Source: Granulosicoccus sp. (GTDB lineage: Bacteria > Pseudomonadota > Gammaproteobacteria > Granulosicoccales > Granulosicoccaceae). Taken from it: a DNA stretch of 64,000 bases. Position numbers and translations under genes: made by a program. The stretch lies in the NCBI GenBank assembly GCA_023301795.1, contig JALZVU010000125.1, positions 9,052-73,051 on the forward strand. The letters are read 5' to 3'. The notes under the pieces are model-generated. The model was not told the DNA's origin and made no database searches. It saw only the letters and a program-made list of their open reading frames with translations. Positions 1 through 8,640 of the stretch are shown here, in pieces. Each line of letters opens with the position of its first letter. The first letter of the stretch is position 1.

Positions 1-1178
1 ACGCCGAGCTATTGGTTGAAGTCCGAGCTGCAAAGGAGGCAGCAGAGAAGGCCAGCCATGACAAGTCGCACTTCATGGCAGCTACAAGTCACGACTTACG
101 GCAACCACTTCACGCACAGAACCTGTATCTACAGGTTTTGAGAAACAAGGCTAAAGGCACAGAATTCAGCGAAATCGCTGAAAAACTGCATGTTTCAAAC
201 CAAGCGTTGATTGAGCTATTCAATGCACTTCTGGAAGTATCGCAGCTCGATGCCGGAACCATGGAGGTGCGAAGAAGCCACTTCTCACTAATGGAAGTTG
301 CAGAGCTGACGGCGCAAGAATTTCAGGGGCTTGCCAGAAACAAGGGTCTGACGCTGGAACTCAGAGGGAAAGACCACGCTGTTCACAGCGACCCCATCTT
401 GCTTTTACGCATTATGAGGAACCTGGTTAGCAATGCTGTGAAGTTTACCTTAGCCGGTAGTGTGACTCTTGCCATTGAAAAAAAGGGTGCCTACGTTCAC
501 GTCAGTATCATTGACACAGGCATAGGTATACCGACGAAAAAACAAGGTGATATCTTCAATGAATATGTACAGCTTGACAATCCTTCACGCAACCGAGATG
601 AAGGTATCGGTCTTGGGCTTGCACTGGTAAGTCGCATGTGCAAACTTCTGGATCATGATCTGCAGCTCGATTCAACACCCGGTGAAGGCTCGCGCTTCTC
701 CATTAGCTTACCCGCCGGGAATATTGAACATGTAGTCGAACTCGATGCAGAACCAGCACCAGCGCCAATCAGTGATCTCGACATTGTCGTCATTGATGAT
801 GAACATTTGGTTCTACACGCCATGAGAGCGCTTTTGTCTGAGTGGTCGTGTCGAACGCACACGTATACGAGTATGGACGCGGCGCGTTGCGAGCTCGTTA
901 ACAATCAATTTACGCCTGATTTAATTATCTCTGACTACCGCCTGGACAACAAAGCCAACGGCGTAGATGCTATTCACGAGCTCAGGCGCGTTCTGGGCAA
1001 TCCTGTTCCGGCAATGATCATCAGTGGAGATACTGACCCTGCGTTGCTTGAAAAAATTCAGAGCGAAGACTTCTACCTGTTGCATAAACCAGTGGATATA
1101 GCAAAATTACGAAAGGTCATAGGGACATTACAACGTAACCGTAGCACTGTAAAAACAGTGCAACAGGCCCAACCATGA
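1..1178 (+). CDS. Hybrid sensor histidine kinase/response regulator, 5' end cut by the window edge
   Basis: The frame is open from the window edge (frame of nt 3). H-box 'SHDLRQPL', N-box 'MRNLVSNAVKF', G1 'IDTGIGI', G2 'GIGLGLALV', then a receiver domain ('IVVIDDE...ISDYRLD...LLHKP'). The TTG at 12 lies inside the helix preceding the H-box, so it is not the true start. Confidence 0.9.
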   Translation, partial: AELLVEVRAAKEAAEKASHDKSHFMAATSHDLRQPLHAQNLYLQVLRNKAKGTEFSEIAEKLHVSNQALIELFNALLEVSQLDAGTMEVRRSHFSLMEVAELTAQEFQGLARNKGLTLELRGKDHAVHSDPILLLRIMRNLVSNAVKFTLAGSVTLAIEKKGAYVHVSIIDTGIGIPTKKQGDIFNEYVQLDNPSRNRDEGIGLGLALVSRMCKLLDHDLQLDSTPGEGSRFSISLPAGNIEHVVELDAEPAPAPISDLDIVVIDDEHLVLHAMRALLSEWSCRTHTYTSMDAARCELVNNQFTPDLIISDYRLDNKANGVDAIHELRRVLGNPVPAMIISGDTDPALLEKIQSEDFYLLHKPVDIAKLRKVIGTLQRNRSTVKTVQQAQP

Positions 1179-1287
1179 CAGGTAGAGATCCAGCACTCTG
1201 TTGACATTGAATCAGTGGCGCGTGATCGTAGAACCGAGAATTGAGTGCTTTCGGCACAGCAATTGAGGAATTACTTCACATTGAATA

Positions 1288-1935
1288 TTAGATAACGCCC
1301 AGGCGTCTCGCTTCAAAAACACAATGTGTTCGATTGTCCGCCTCGAACAATACCATTAGAGATTTGACTCTGGATTTAATAGTGCTTTCAGCAACATTGA
1401 AGCTACTGGCAATTTCCTTGTTGGAATACCCAGCTGCAATCAATGCCAGCGTGCTGAGTCGACGCTCACTTAACTGCGACATTATTCTCTGACGCTCTGC
1501 CAAAATGCTGCGCCTGTAGCTTGTCAGCTCCATCCTTAGACTTGGTGCTAAATAGATCTGGCCCGCTTCAACGGTATCTATGCACTGCTGCAACTCATCC
1601 CGGTTAAATGATTTAGACAAATATGCACTCGGGTTCATACTCATTACCTTGTCAATCATGTCCGGGCTATCATCACTGGACATCACTACAGTTTTGGCGG
1701 TCAGCTTCATACTATCGAACCTTTCCATAAGTTCTATCGCATTGAAATCCGGCAAATGAAAATCAATAAAAATCCAGTCAATGTCCCGGTTCAGACTCAC
1801 CAGAGCATCAGCGCTCTGGCCATCGACAGCCTTGTGGATCGATCCCTGTGGTTTTAAATCCGTTAGAGCACTTGCCAGTCCATCAAGAACAACCGGGTGA
1901 TCGTCCACAATCAATATTTTTTCGCTTGATGACAT
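1288..1935 (-). CDS. NarL/FixJ (LuxR)-type response regulator
   Basis: Receiver domain ('KILIVDDHPVV...WIFIDFHLPD') plus a C-terminal LuxR HTH ('LSERRLSTLALIAAGYSNKEIASSFNVAESTIKSRVKSL'). Confidence 0.9.
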   Translation of the reverse strand: MSSSEKILIVDDHPVVLDGLASALTDLKPQGSIHKAVDGQSADALVSLNRDIDWIFIDFHLPDFNAIELMERFDSMKLTAKTVVMSSDDSPDMIDKVMSMNPSAYLSKSFNRDELQQCIDTVEAGQIYLAPSLRMELTSYRRSILAERQRIMSQLSERRLSTLALIAAGYSNKEIASSFNVAESTIKSRVKSLMVLFEADNRTHCVFEARRLGVI

Positions 1936-2308
1936 TTTTACAACGTATGCCCTAGTAAATTTTTTGTTTTTTATAGTACGACGCAGACATTTTGTCTACA
2001 TCCACTGCCTTGACTACTACTTCCCAGCCTCAGAACCATTGTTCAAGCACAACGAATGCGCGTAGAAATCATGGCTGGCTCTCGCATTACAGCTTGCCAT
2101 GGGGTCTGCGGATAACGGTATGTCACCCTTTCACTTGCGGCATGCCTCGAGTCTGACCATCAACGCGCTAAAGTACTGTGCCACCGTCGACAGGTTCGAA
2201 AGCTGAACCGCTCAAATGGACTTTCACAGGTAAATCTGATCGCCGGTTTGCTGTAGCGCCGCCACTATTGCATTTGAACCACTGCAGATTTCGAATTCCC
2301 GACTCTAC

Positions 2309-2352
2309 TTAGGGCTAGGAACATGATGAGTTAGGGTTAAGGATGTGATGAG
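2309..2352. repeat. Imperfect 22-bp tandem direct repeat in the long divergent intergenic region
   Basis: Read directly: 'ttagggctaggaacatgatgag' is immediately followed by 'ttagggttaaggatgtgatgag'. The two copies share TTAGGG...TGATGAG. Confidence 0.6.
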
Positions 2353-2695
2353 GATCAGAGTTGTAAAAAATCCTACGCTGCCAGCCTTGACCATTACTGT
2401 ACTGAATTTCCTTGAGCGGAACCTTTAGTCAGTCCGAATCGGTTGAATACTACGTAACAGACGGTTGCTCACCCACGTTTTGACTATTGTGCTTGTTCGC
2501 GTCGGTCTGTCGAAACGGTGAGTGTGTACTGCGTCATTGTCAGGGTTGATTCCACTAAATCACAATCGTGATCTTTCTGTGATAACTTCCGGCGATTGGT
2601 GGGCTCATAACCTCTGATTGTCATTTGTGCAGTCTTGCGACACGCACGGTTTGACGATTTTTCTTCACCACATATCACACGGACTAATCTTATTC

Positions 2696-3697
2696 ATGAA
2701 GAATTTCCACATCTCTCTTGTTGCCACTGGCTTACTTGCGAGTAGCGCTCTGGCTGGGACAGCCGTAGCATCAGACTACGAAATCACCGTAACCAACATC
2801 ACAAATGGTATCCATTTCACGCCGTTGATTGCTGCAGCTCATACACCAGAAGCATTTATGTTCCGCTTGGGCACTGAATCGTCGGCTGAGCTTCAGGCGA
2901 TTGCTGAAGGTGGCGACACATCAGCAATGAACGATTTACTGACCAGCATCGGGGCTAGCGTTGCCAATGGAGAAGGCTTGGTTGCTCCCGGACAATCCGT
3001 GACACTAACCATTAATGATGCACCGGCTGGCAGTGTATTTTCACTCTCGAGCATGCTACTTCCAACCAACGATGGTTTTTTCGGTGTCGACTCAGTGGCA
3101 CTACCAGAGGCTGGCGAGTCAGTAACACTGTTCTCACGTGGTTACGATTCAGGCACTGAAGCTAACGATGAGCTCGTCGGTAGCGGTGCGCCAGGTGTCG
3201 CAGGTTTTCCAGCACCACCACCTGTTGTTGCTTCAGGTACAGGCACAGGTGGAGACGGCATTAACACGTCTGCTGAAGGTTATGTACATGTACACCGCGG
3301 TGTGTTGGGTGACCTGAACCCAACGGGCGGCGTGAGCGACATCAATGCAGCAGAGCATCGCTGGCTGAACCCGGTTGCACGCATTGTAATCTCTCGCATC
3401 GGTGGTGGAGACGGTGGAACATCGGCTGATGTATCTGCTGTAGCGAATTTATCCGGTGCAGTCTATTCTTCATCCGCTGTGGAAATTTTCTGGGAACCAG
3501 CCACATCAGCTTCTGGGGTAGTTGAAGCTTACCGCGTGACACGAGACGGTGAAACTATCGGTACTTTTGATGCGCTCAGCCTCTTCAATCAAGGTTTGGC
3601 AGCTAACACGACTTTCACGTACACCGTAAGTGCCATTGATGCAAACGGTGCAGTTGGTGAGGCTACAAGCATCGAAGTCACCACCAACGCCCAATAA
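2696..3697 (+). CDS. Secreted spondin_N-like domain protein with a C-terminal FN3-like domain
   Basis: ATG 2696 gives a clean Sec signal peptide ('MKNFHISLVATGLLASSALAGTAVA'). 'YEITVTNITNGIHFTPLIAAAH...AELQAIAEGGD' resembles bacterial spondin_N-type proteins as I recall them. The last ~90 aa show an FN3 pattern ('VEIFWEPATSASGVVEAYRVTRDGE...YTVSAIDANGAVGE'). The tracked TTG 2618 start adds 26 residues that do not look like a signal peptide. Confidence 0.7.
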   Translation: MKNFHISLVATGLLASSALAGTAVASDYEITVTNITNGIHFTPLIAAAHTPEAFMFRLGTESSAELQAIAEGGDTSAMNDLLTSIGASVANGEGLVAPGQSVTLTINDAPAGSVFSLSSMLLPTNDGFFGVDSVALPEAGESVTLFSRGYDSGTEANDELVGSGAPGVAGFPAPPPVVASGTGTGGDGINTSAEGYVHVHRGVLGDLNPTGGVSDINAAEHRWLNPVARIVISRIGGGDGGTSADVSAVANLSGAVYSSSAVEIFWEPATSASGVVEAYRVTRDGETIGTFDALSLFNQGLAANTTFTYTVSAIDANGAVGEATSIEVTTNAQ

Positions 3698-3719
3698 TCA
3701 TGCAAGATAAGTGGTAGCA

Positions 3720-3754
3720 GTACTCGTCCTGACGTGCTCCGTCAGGACGAGTAC
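3720..3754 (+). terminator. Strong hairpin downstream of the spondin-like gene (putative terminator or attenuator)
   Basis: Perfect 15-bp stem 'gtactcgtcctgacg' / 'cgtcaggacgagtac' with the 5-nt loop 'tgctc', 23 nt after the stop codon. No U-tract follows. A second small hairpin ('attgtg aagcttcg cacaat') follows. Confidence 0.55.
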
Positions 3755-3811
3755 GAATTGTGAAGCTTCGCACACAATGAACTTAGTTCATCGTTGATCG
3801 TCAGACCCCTC

Positions 3812-4561
3812 ATGACGTGGCCCTCAACCCAATCTATATGTACTTCTCGCTCTGACGCCGCGACTTCGCAAGGCGTAAAGCGAATCCTGTTAATTGAAGA
3901 CGACAACGACATAGCGGCGCTGCTGCTCAGGCATCTGACCGATAGTGGTTCACAGGTCGAACATGTCGCAAGCGGTGAGAGTGGGTTGGCTCGTATTGAG
4001 GCTGAGAGCTGGAGCCTAGTCATTCTCGACCTAGGATTGCCAGGCATCGATGGTATTGAAGTGGCTGCCAAAATCAGGCAAACCTGCCCTTCTCTGCCCA
4101 TCATGGTAGTAACTGCTCGCGGTTCAGAGTCGGAACGAGTTAGCGGCTTGGACGCAGGTGCTGATGACTATGTCATCAAACCTTTTTCGATGCTGGAACT
4201 GGTAGCTCGTGTGCGTGCAATTTTCAGACGATTGGATTTCCAGGAAGCCCAGGAAGGTAATCGGGCATTGATTGCCGGCGACCTGAAACTCGACACGCAA
4301 ACGCATGCCGTACACATCAACGGTAAAAACATAGCACTGACAACCAGAGAGTTCGGGCTACTCGCAGAATTTGTAGCTCATCCAGGCAAGGTATTTCGTC
4401 GCGGTGAATTATTAGAGCGTGTTTGGGGCACACAGTATGAAGGCTATCATCATACGGTGAACACCCATATCAACCGTCTGCGTACGAAAATCGAACTCGA
4501 TCCGCACAGTCCGCAATATATTCAGACCGTGTGGGGTGTTGGGTACAAGCTCAAAAGCTGA
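3812..4561 (+). CDS. OmpR/PhoB-family response regulator
   Basis: Receiver domain ('KRILLIEDDNDIA...LVILDLGLPGIDG') plus a winged helix ('TTREFGLLAEFVAHPGKVFRRGELLERVWG...IQTVWGVGYKL'). The start is uncertain: ATG 3812 is chosen and TTG 3794 is also open. The TGA stop overlaps the kinase ATG by 1 nt (TGATG). Confidence 0.85.
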   Translation: MTWPSTQSICTSRSDAATSQGVKRILLIEDDNDIAALLLRHLTDSGSQVEHVASGESGLARIEAESWSLVILDLGLPGIDGIEVAAKIRQTCPSLPIMVVTARGSESERVSGLDAGADDYVIKPFSMLELVARVRAIFRRLDFQEAQEGNRALIAGDLKLDTQTHAVHINGKNIALTTREFGLLAEFVAHPGKVFRRGELLERVWGTQYEGYHHTVNTHINRLRTKIELDPHSPQYIQTVWGVGYKLKS

Positions 4562-6162
4562 TGCACATCATGCCGACGCTATTCTCACGATTGTCGATAC
4601 TTTTTACCGTGATTCTCCTGTGTCTTGGGCTTGTTACCTGGGTGATTGCTCATCAGAGCCAGCAACAATACTTCGAGGAGTTTACTCAAGAGCTTAATCG
4701 GCCAGTTGCTATGTACATGGCGCAGCAGGTTCCTTTGCTGGTAAATGGTCGTCTTGACAGCGAGGCACTTGCAGACCTGGCATCTCACGTGATGATGGTA
4801 AACCCCAGCCTAGAGCTTTATCTGCTGGATGAAAAGGGACACGTTTTCGCATCTGCCCTGGGTAATGCTCAAGTGCAGAAACAGATCGTAGATCTGCAGC
4901 CTATACACAGATTTCTGGCAAACAAAAGCCGCATGCCGATATACGGGGACAACCCGAATTTGCCAGGCCAGAAGAACGTATTTTCTGCATACCCACTAAG
5001 CGATTCCGCCAGTGCAGATCCTGCTTGTGATCCTTGTGGGTATGTCTACGCCGTACTCGGCGGCGAACGAACCCAGCCGGTTTTACAGTCACTTGCCAGC
5101 AGTTACAGTTTGCAATCATCCACCGGCATGCTTGGCGGTGTCTTGCTGTTTGCGATGCTGGCCGGAATTGTACTTTTTTTTACCATGACACGACCCCTTC
5201 GAGCCATGACAGCTTCTATCAGTCAATGGCAACTGGCTGCAACATCAGTCCAGGCACAGGCACAGGCACAGGCGCAGCAAAACCCACCTGCCGCAGCTGC
5301 CCATCATGTTAGAAACGAATTGAAAGAGCTCGAGTTTACCTGTCGCGCAATGGCATCCAGGCTAGCAACCCAATATCAGGCACTGGATGATTCGGATAGA
5401 CGTCGGAGGGAGTTTCTGACGCGTATCTCGCATGATCTCAGAACGCCTTTAACAATCCTGTGCGGCGCTATCGAAACCGTGCTGATAGAAGGTGACAATA
5501 TACCGTCAACCGAAGCACGAGAGTATCTGTCTCTAGCCCAGCGGCAAGGAAACCGACTTCAGCAGCTGATCACTCAAGTATTTGAGCTGGCACGCCTTGA
5601 TTCGGGGGAGTATGTGCTGCAGCTGGAACAAGTATCGCTTCAGGAGTTGGCAATCGATACTGTGCAGGACCTTCAGCCCTATGCAGCTCAACATGGAGTA
5701 AGGCTTGAAGCCTGCCCGATCAAGCCAGTCAAAGGCGGTAGTGTTCAAGCGGACATGGGCTTACTGCATCGTCTCCTGGACAACTTGCTGACCAACGCGA
5801 TTCGCCATACACCAAAAGGCGGTTTGGTATCTCTGACCATCAAGCCTAACAAACATGGAATGGAGGTGGAAATTGCTGATAGTGGCTGCGGATTTACTGA
5901 CTCAATGAACGGCTGCACGTTGTCGTCGGTGGGTGTCTCAAACCATTCGTGGTGGCAAGGCTCAGCTTATGAGAGCCCATCTGCAGGTTCTCAGGGAAGT
6001 GGACTTGGTTTGGGTATAGTAGTAAAAATACTGGCACTACATGGTAGTGAGGCCCGAGTCTGGAGTGCAGCAGGCAAAGGTACAACGATACGCTGCGTAC
6101 TGCCGCTGGCGGATAGCGTTGACGACATCAATCCTGAAATGACTGCTCCACAAATGGCATAG
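4561..6162 (+). CDS. Membrane sensor histidine kinase (2 TM, periplasmic loop, HAMP, HisKA, HATPase)
   Basis: TM segments 'LSILFTVILLCLGLVTWVIA' and 'GGVLLFAMLAGIVLFF'. H-box 'SHDLRTPLT', N-box 'LDNLLTNAIRHTP', G1 'ADSGCGF', G2 'GSGLGLGIV'. ATG 4561 is coupled to the regulator's stop codon. Confidence 0.9.
   Translation: MHIMPTLFSRLSILFTVILLCLGLVTWVIAHQSQQQYFEEFTQELNRPVAMYMAQQVPLLVNGRLDSEALADLASHVMMVNPSLELYLLDEKGHVFASALGNAQVQKQIVDLQPIHRFLANKSRMPIYGDNPNLPGQKNVFSAYPLSDSASADPACDPCGYVYAVLGGERTQPVLQSLASSYSLQSSTGMLGGVLLFAMLAGIVLFFTMTRPLRAMTASISQWQLAATSVQAQAQAQAQQNPPAAAAHHVRNELKELEFTCRAMASRLATQYQALDDSDRRRREFLTRISHDLRTPLTILCGAIETVLIEGDNIPSTEAREYLSLAQRQGNRLQQLITQVFELARLDSGEYVLQLEQVSLQELAIDTVQDLQPYAAQHGVRLEACPIKPVKGGSVQADMGLLHRLLDNLLTNAIRHTPKGGLVSLTIKPNKHGMEVEIADSGCGFTDSMNGCTLSSVGVSNHSWWQGSAYESPSAGSQGSGLGLGIVVKILALHGSEARVWSAAGKGTTIRCVLPLADSVDDINPEMTAPQMA
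5251..5274 (+). repeat. In-frame hexanucleotide repeat (CAGGCR)x4 encoding (QA)4 inside the kinase
   Basis: Read directly: 'caggcacaggcacaggcacaggcg', located between the HAMP-like region and the H-box. Confidence 0.9.
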
Positions 6163-6208
6163 ATTTTGTCCATTAGCATGGGTTGGTGGTAGGCTCTGTG
6201 GTCACTCG

Positions 6209-7525
6209 TTGCACGCCTCGTTACGCACCGAACCTGCCACTGAAAATATCGATTTGGATAAAAACCACCATGAGTCGTTCCGCTGGCATCCAGCCAGTCG
6301 TTCGCACAGCTTTCAATCTAACGGCAACGACACACAGCAGATACATCCGCGTCTGGCACACGGTATTTACTATATCTCAGACCTCGATAGTGTGAGCACA
6401 GTACAAGCACTTGAAACTGTAGTGAGGAACCGACAACCATTCTGTGTTCACCCACCCGGCTACCAGCCAGGCCCGGCAATACAGAAAAATGAACTCAATG
6501 GCCGTGATATTTTTCTGGCCTTAAGTTCGGGTAGTAATGGACAGCCAAAACGCGTTCAACGCACGCATGAATCCTGGATTACCAGCTTTAAGGTCAATGC
6601 CACAATGGCCAAAATCACGGCTCAAGACAGCTATGCAATTGTTGGTAGAGCGTCTCATTCGCTCTCTCTGTATGCAACACTGGAAGCTGCACACCTTGGC
6701 GCTGATATACACATGCTCACTGAGTTGCGGCCAGATCGGCAATTAAACGCAATGGCGGAACTACAATCGAGCATCTTGTACGCAACACCCACGCAACTAA
6801 GATTGTTATGCCGCCAAAGCAAAACAGCATTACTGAAAAACTTGGCGATACGACAGATTTATTGTGGCGGTGGCAAGCTCGACCCAGGAACATCCCAGCT
6901 TGTACATGAGGTGTTCTCAGGTGCGAACATTCAGGAATTCTACGGCGCAACTGAAACCAGTTTTATCACTATTAGCGATGACGACACACCTCTGGGTTCA
7001 GTCGGCAAACCCTATCCGGGTGTAGAGCTACTCATTAAACCCATCGATGGTGAAAATGACTTGCCTGAAGGTGAAATCTGGGTCAAGAGCCCCTATGTTT
7101 TTTATGCCTATGCCGACGACGGGCAACATGCGGCACGCTGGCACAATGGCTATATCAGCGTCGGCGAGAATGGGCGCATCAATGAAAACGGCTATTTATT
7201 TCTTGCAGGTCGCCAATCGCGCCGCGTCAATATTGCTGACACCATCGTCTACCCTGAACAGATAGAGGCTGTTCTCCTTGAGCATAAGGCGGTTAAGCTC
7301 TGCGCTGTGGTTCCGGTCGTTGACGCAAAGCGCAGTGCTGTTCTTATAGCAATCGTCCAAGCACCGCACAGCACTGCACTCCAACAAGAGCTTCTGGTTT
7401 ATCTTCGACAACGTGTAGGAGCACTAAAAGCACCTCGCGAGATCATTTTCGTGCAGCATTTGCCTTTGTTGGCATCTGGCAAACCAGACCTGATGACCCT
7501 TGAGCAACAGTTGTCTCAATCATGA
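6209..7525 (+). CDS. AMP-dependent synthetase/ligase (ANL adenylating enzyme) with a short N-terminal region
   Basis: Core motifs 'SSGSNGQPK', 'EFYGATETSF', 'GEIWVKSPY', 'GRQSRRVNIADTIVYPEQIE' and 'ASGKPD'. There is no in-frame ATG before the P-loop, so the start must be TTG 6209 or an internal GTG. The stop overlaps the next gene (ATGA). Confidence 0.8.
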   Translation: MHASLRTEPATENIDLDKNHHESFRWHPASRSHSFQSNGNDTQQIHPRLAHGIYYISDLDSVSTVQALETVVRNRQPFCVHPPGYQPGPAIQKNELNGRDIFLALSSGSNGQPKRVQRTHESWITSFKVNATMAKITAQDSYAIVGRASHSLSLYATLEAAHLGADIHMLTELRPDRQLNAMAELQSSILYATPTQLRLLCRQSKTALLKNLAIRQIYCGGGKLDPGTSQLVHEVFSGANIQEFYGATETSFITISDDDTPLGSVGKPYPGVELLIKPIDGENDLPEGEIWVKSPYVFYAYADDGQHAARWHNGYISVGENGRINENGYLFLAGRQSRRVNIADTIVYPEQIEAVLLEHKAVKLCAVVPVVDAKRSAVLIAIVQAPHSTALQQELLVYLRQRVGALKAPREIIFVQHLPLLASGKPDLMTLEQQLSQS

Positions 7526-8640
7526 CAGCACAAAGTTATATTATCGCTGCAAAGCGATCGCCCGTAGCTCCGCGCGGTGGCGCGTTGTCACACTTGAATC
7601 TGCACCAATTGGCCACCCCGCTCATTCAGTCACTGATTAATACAACCGGGATACAGACACATCAAGTCAATGAGCTGATTGTGGGTAATGCACTAGGCGC
7701 AGGTGGTAATCCAGCACGGGTGATCGCTTTAGCAAGTGGCTTGGGAGAGAATGTAGCCGGTCTGAGCATCGACAGACAATGTTGTAGTGGACTCGATGCG
7801 ATGCTTGTCGCCAACGACATGATTCTCTCGGGGCGCGCCTCTGTGGTTATTGCTGGCGGTGTGGAAAGCTATTCTCAACGACCCCAGCGTTTTCGCGTGA
7901 TACCACACTCCTCTGAGCTGGAAGCCTACGATCAACCGCCCTTTACACCGTGGCCAGATCGTGACCCTGACATGTCAGTAGCTGCCGATACACTGGCTAG
8001 TCAATTGGGCATTTCGTTTGATCAGCAAAACCAATGGGCCATAGAAAGCCACGAAAAGGCTTTGCAGGCAGCCAGCAGTATGAGTAGTGAGATCGTTGAT
8101 ATGAAAAATATCTCACGAGATAGTTTCACACGCAAACTGAGCTTGAAGCTTTGCCAGCGTGCTGCTCGCATACACGGCAACGTAACAGTGGCCAATACCG
8201 CTGTTGCTGCCGATGGAGCTGCGTTCTGCATGCTGGTTTCAGAAAATGTAGCCGCGCAAATTCACGGACCTAAACTGTGCATACGATCTGGAATAACTCT
8301 GGGTGCCGACCCGATGTTGCCCGGTCTTGCACCGCTGGCTGCAATAAAGTCAGTACTGGCAAGCGAGAGCATCAATTCTGAGCAACTGCAACGAGCAGAG
8401 GTCATGGAAGCTTATGCTGCACAAGCCATTGCCTGCATAGAACAAGCAGGAATTGATAGCACTATATGTAATGTAGGTGGCGGTGCATTAGCAAGAGGCC
8501 ACCCCATTGGTGCATCAGGCGCTGTGCTGATGACACGTTTGTTCAGCGAGCTGCAACTATCTGGCGGATTGGGACTTGCTGCGATTGCGGCTGCTGGTGG
8601 CTTGGGTACAGCTATATTGGTTGAAGCTGCAAGCGCCTAG
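7522..8640 (+). CDS. Thiolase-like protein (thiolase fold with a non-canonical active site)
   Basis: 'DRQCCSGLDA' (nucleophilic Cys region) and 'GGGALARGHPIGASGA' (His region) are present. 'NEAFAAQ' is replaced by 'MEAYAAQ', and 'CIGGG' by 'AAAGG'. Confidence 0.8.
   Translation: MTAQSYIIAAKRSPVAPRGGALSHLNLHQLATPLIQSLINTTGIQTHQVNELIVGNALGAGGNPARVIALASGLGENVAGLSIDRQCCSGLDAMLVANDMILSGRASVVIAGGVESYSQRPQRFRVIPHSSELEAYDQPPFTPWPDRDPDMSVAADTLASQLGISFDQQNQWAIESHEKALQAASSMSSEIVDMKNISRDSFTRKLSLKLCQRAARIHGNVTVANTAVAADGAAFCMLVSENVAAQIHGPKLCIRSGITLGADPMLPGLAPLAAIKSVLASESINSEQLQRAEVMEAYAAQAIACIEQAGIDSTICNVGGGALARGHPIGASGAVLMTRLFSELQLSGGLGLAAIAAAGGLGTAILVEAASA

Noticed and set aside
2618-2695. Upstream TTG start for the spondin-like gene; likewise the long N-terminal extensions tracked for 27840-29129, 49412-50608, 50397-51428 and 63083-63949
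   Set aside because: In each case an internal ATG gives a proper signal peptide or a start coupled to the upstream stop codon. The extension either lies inside the preceding gene or adds residues unlike any known domain.
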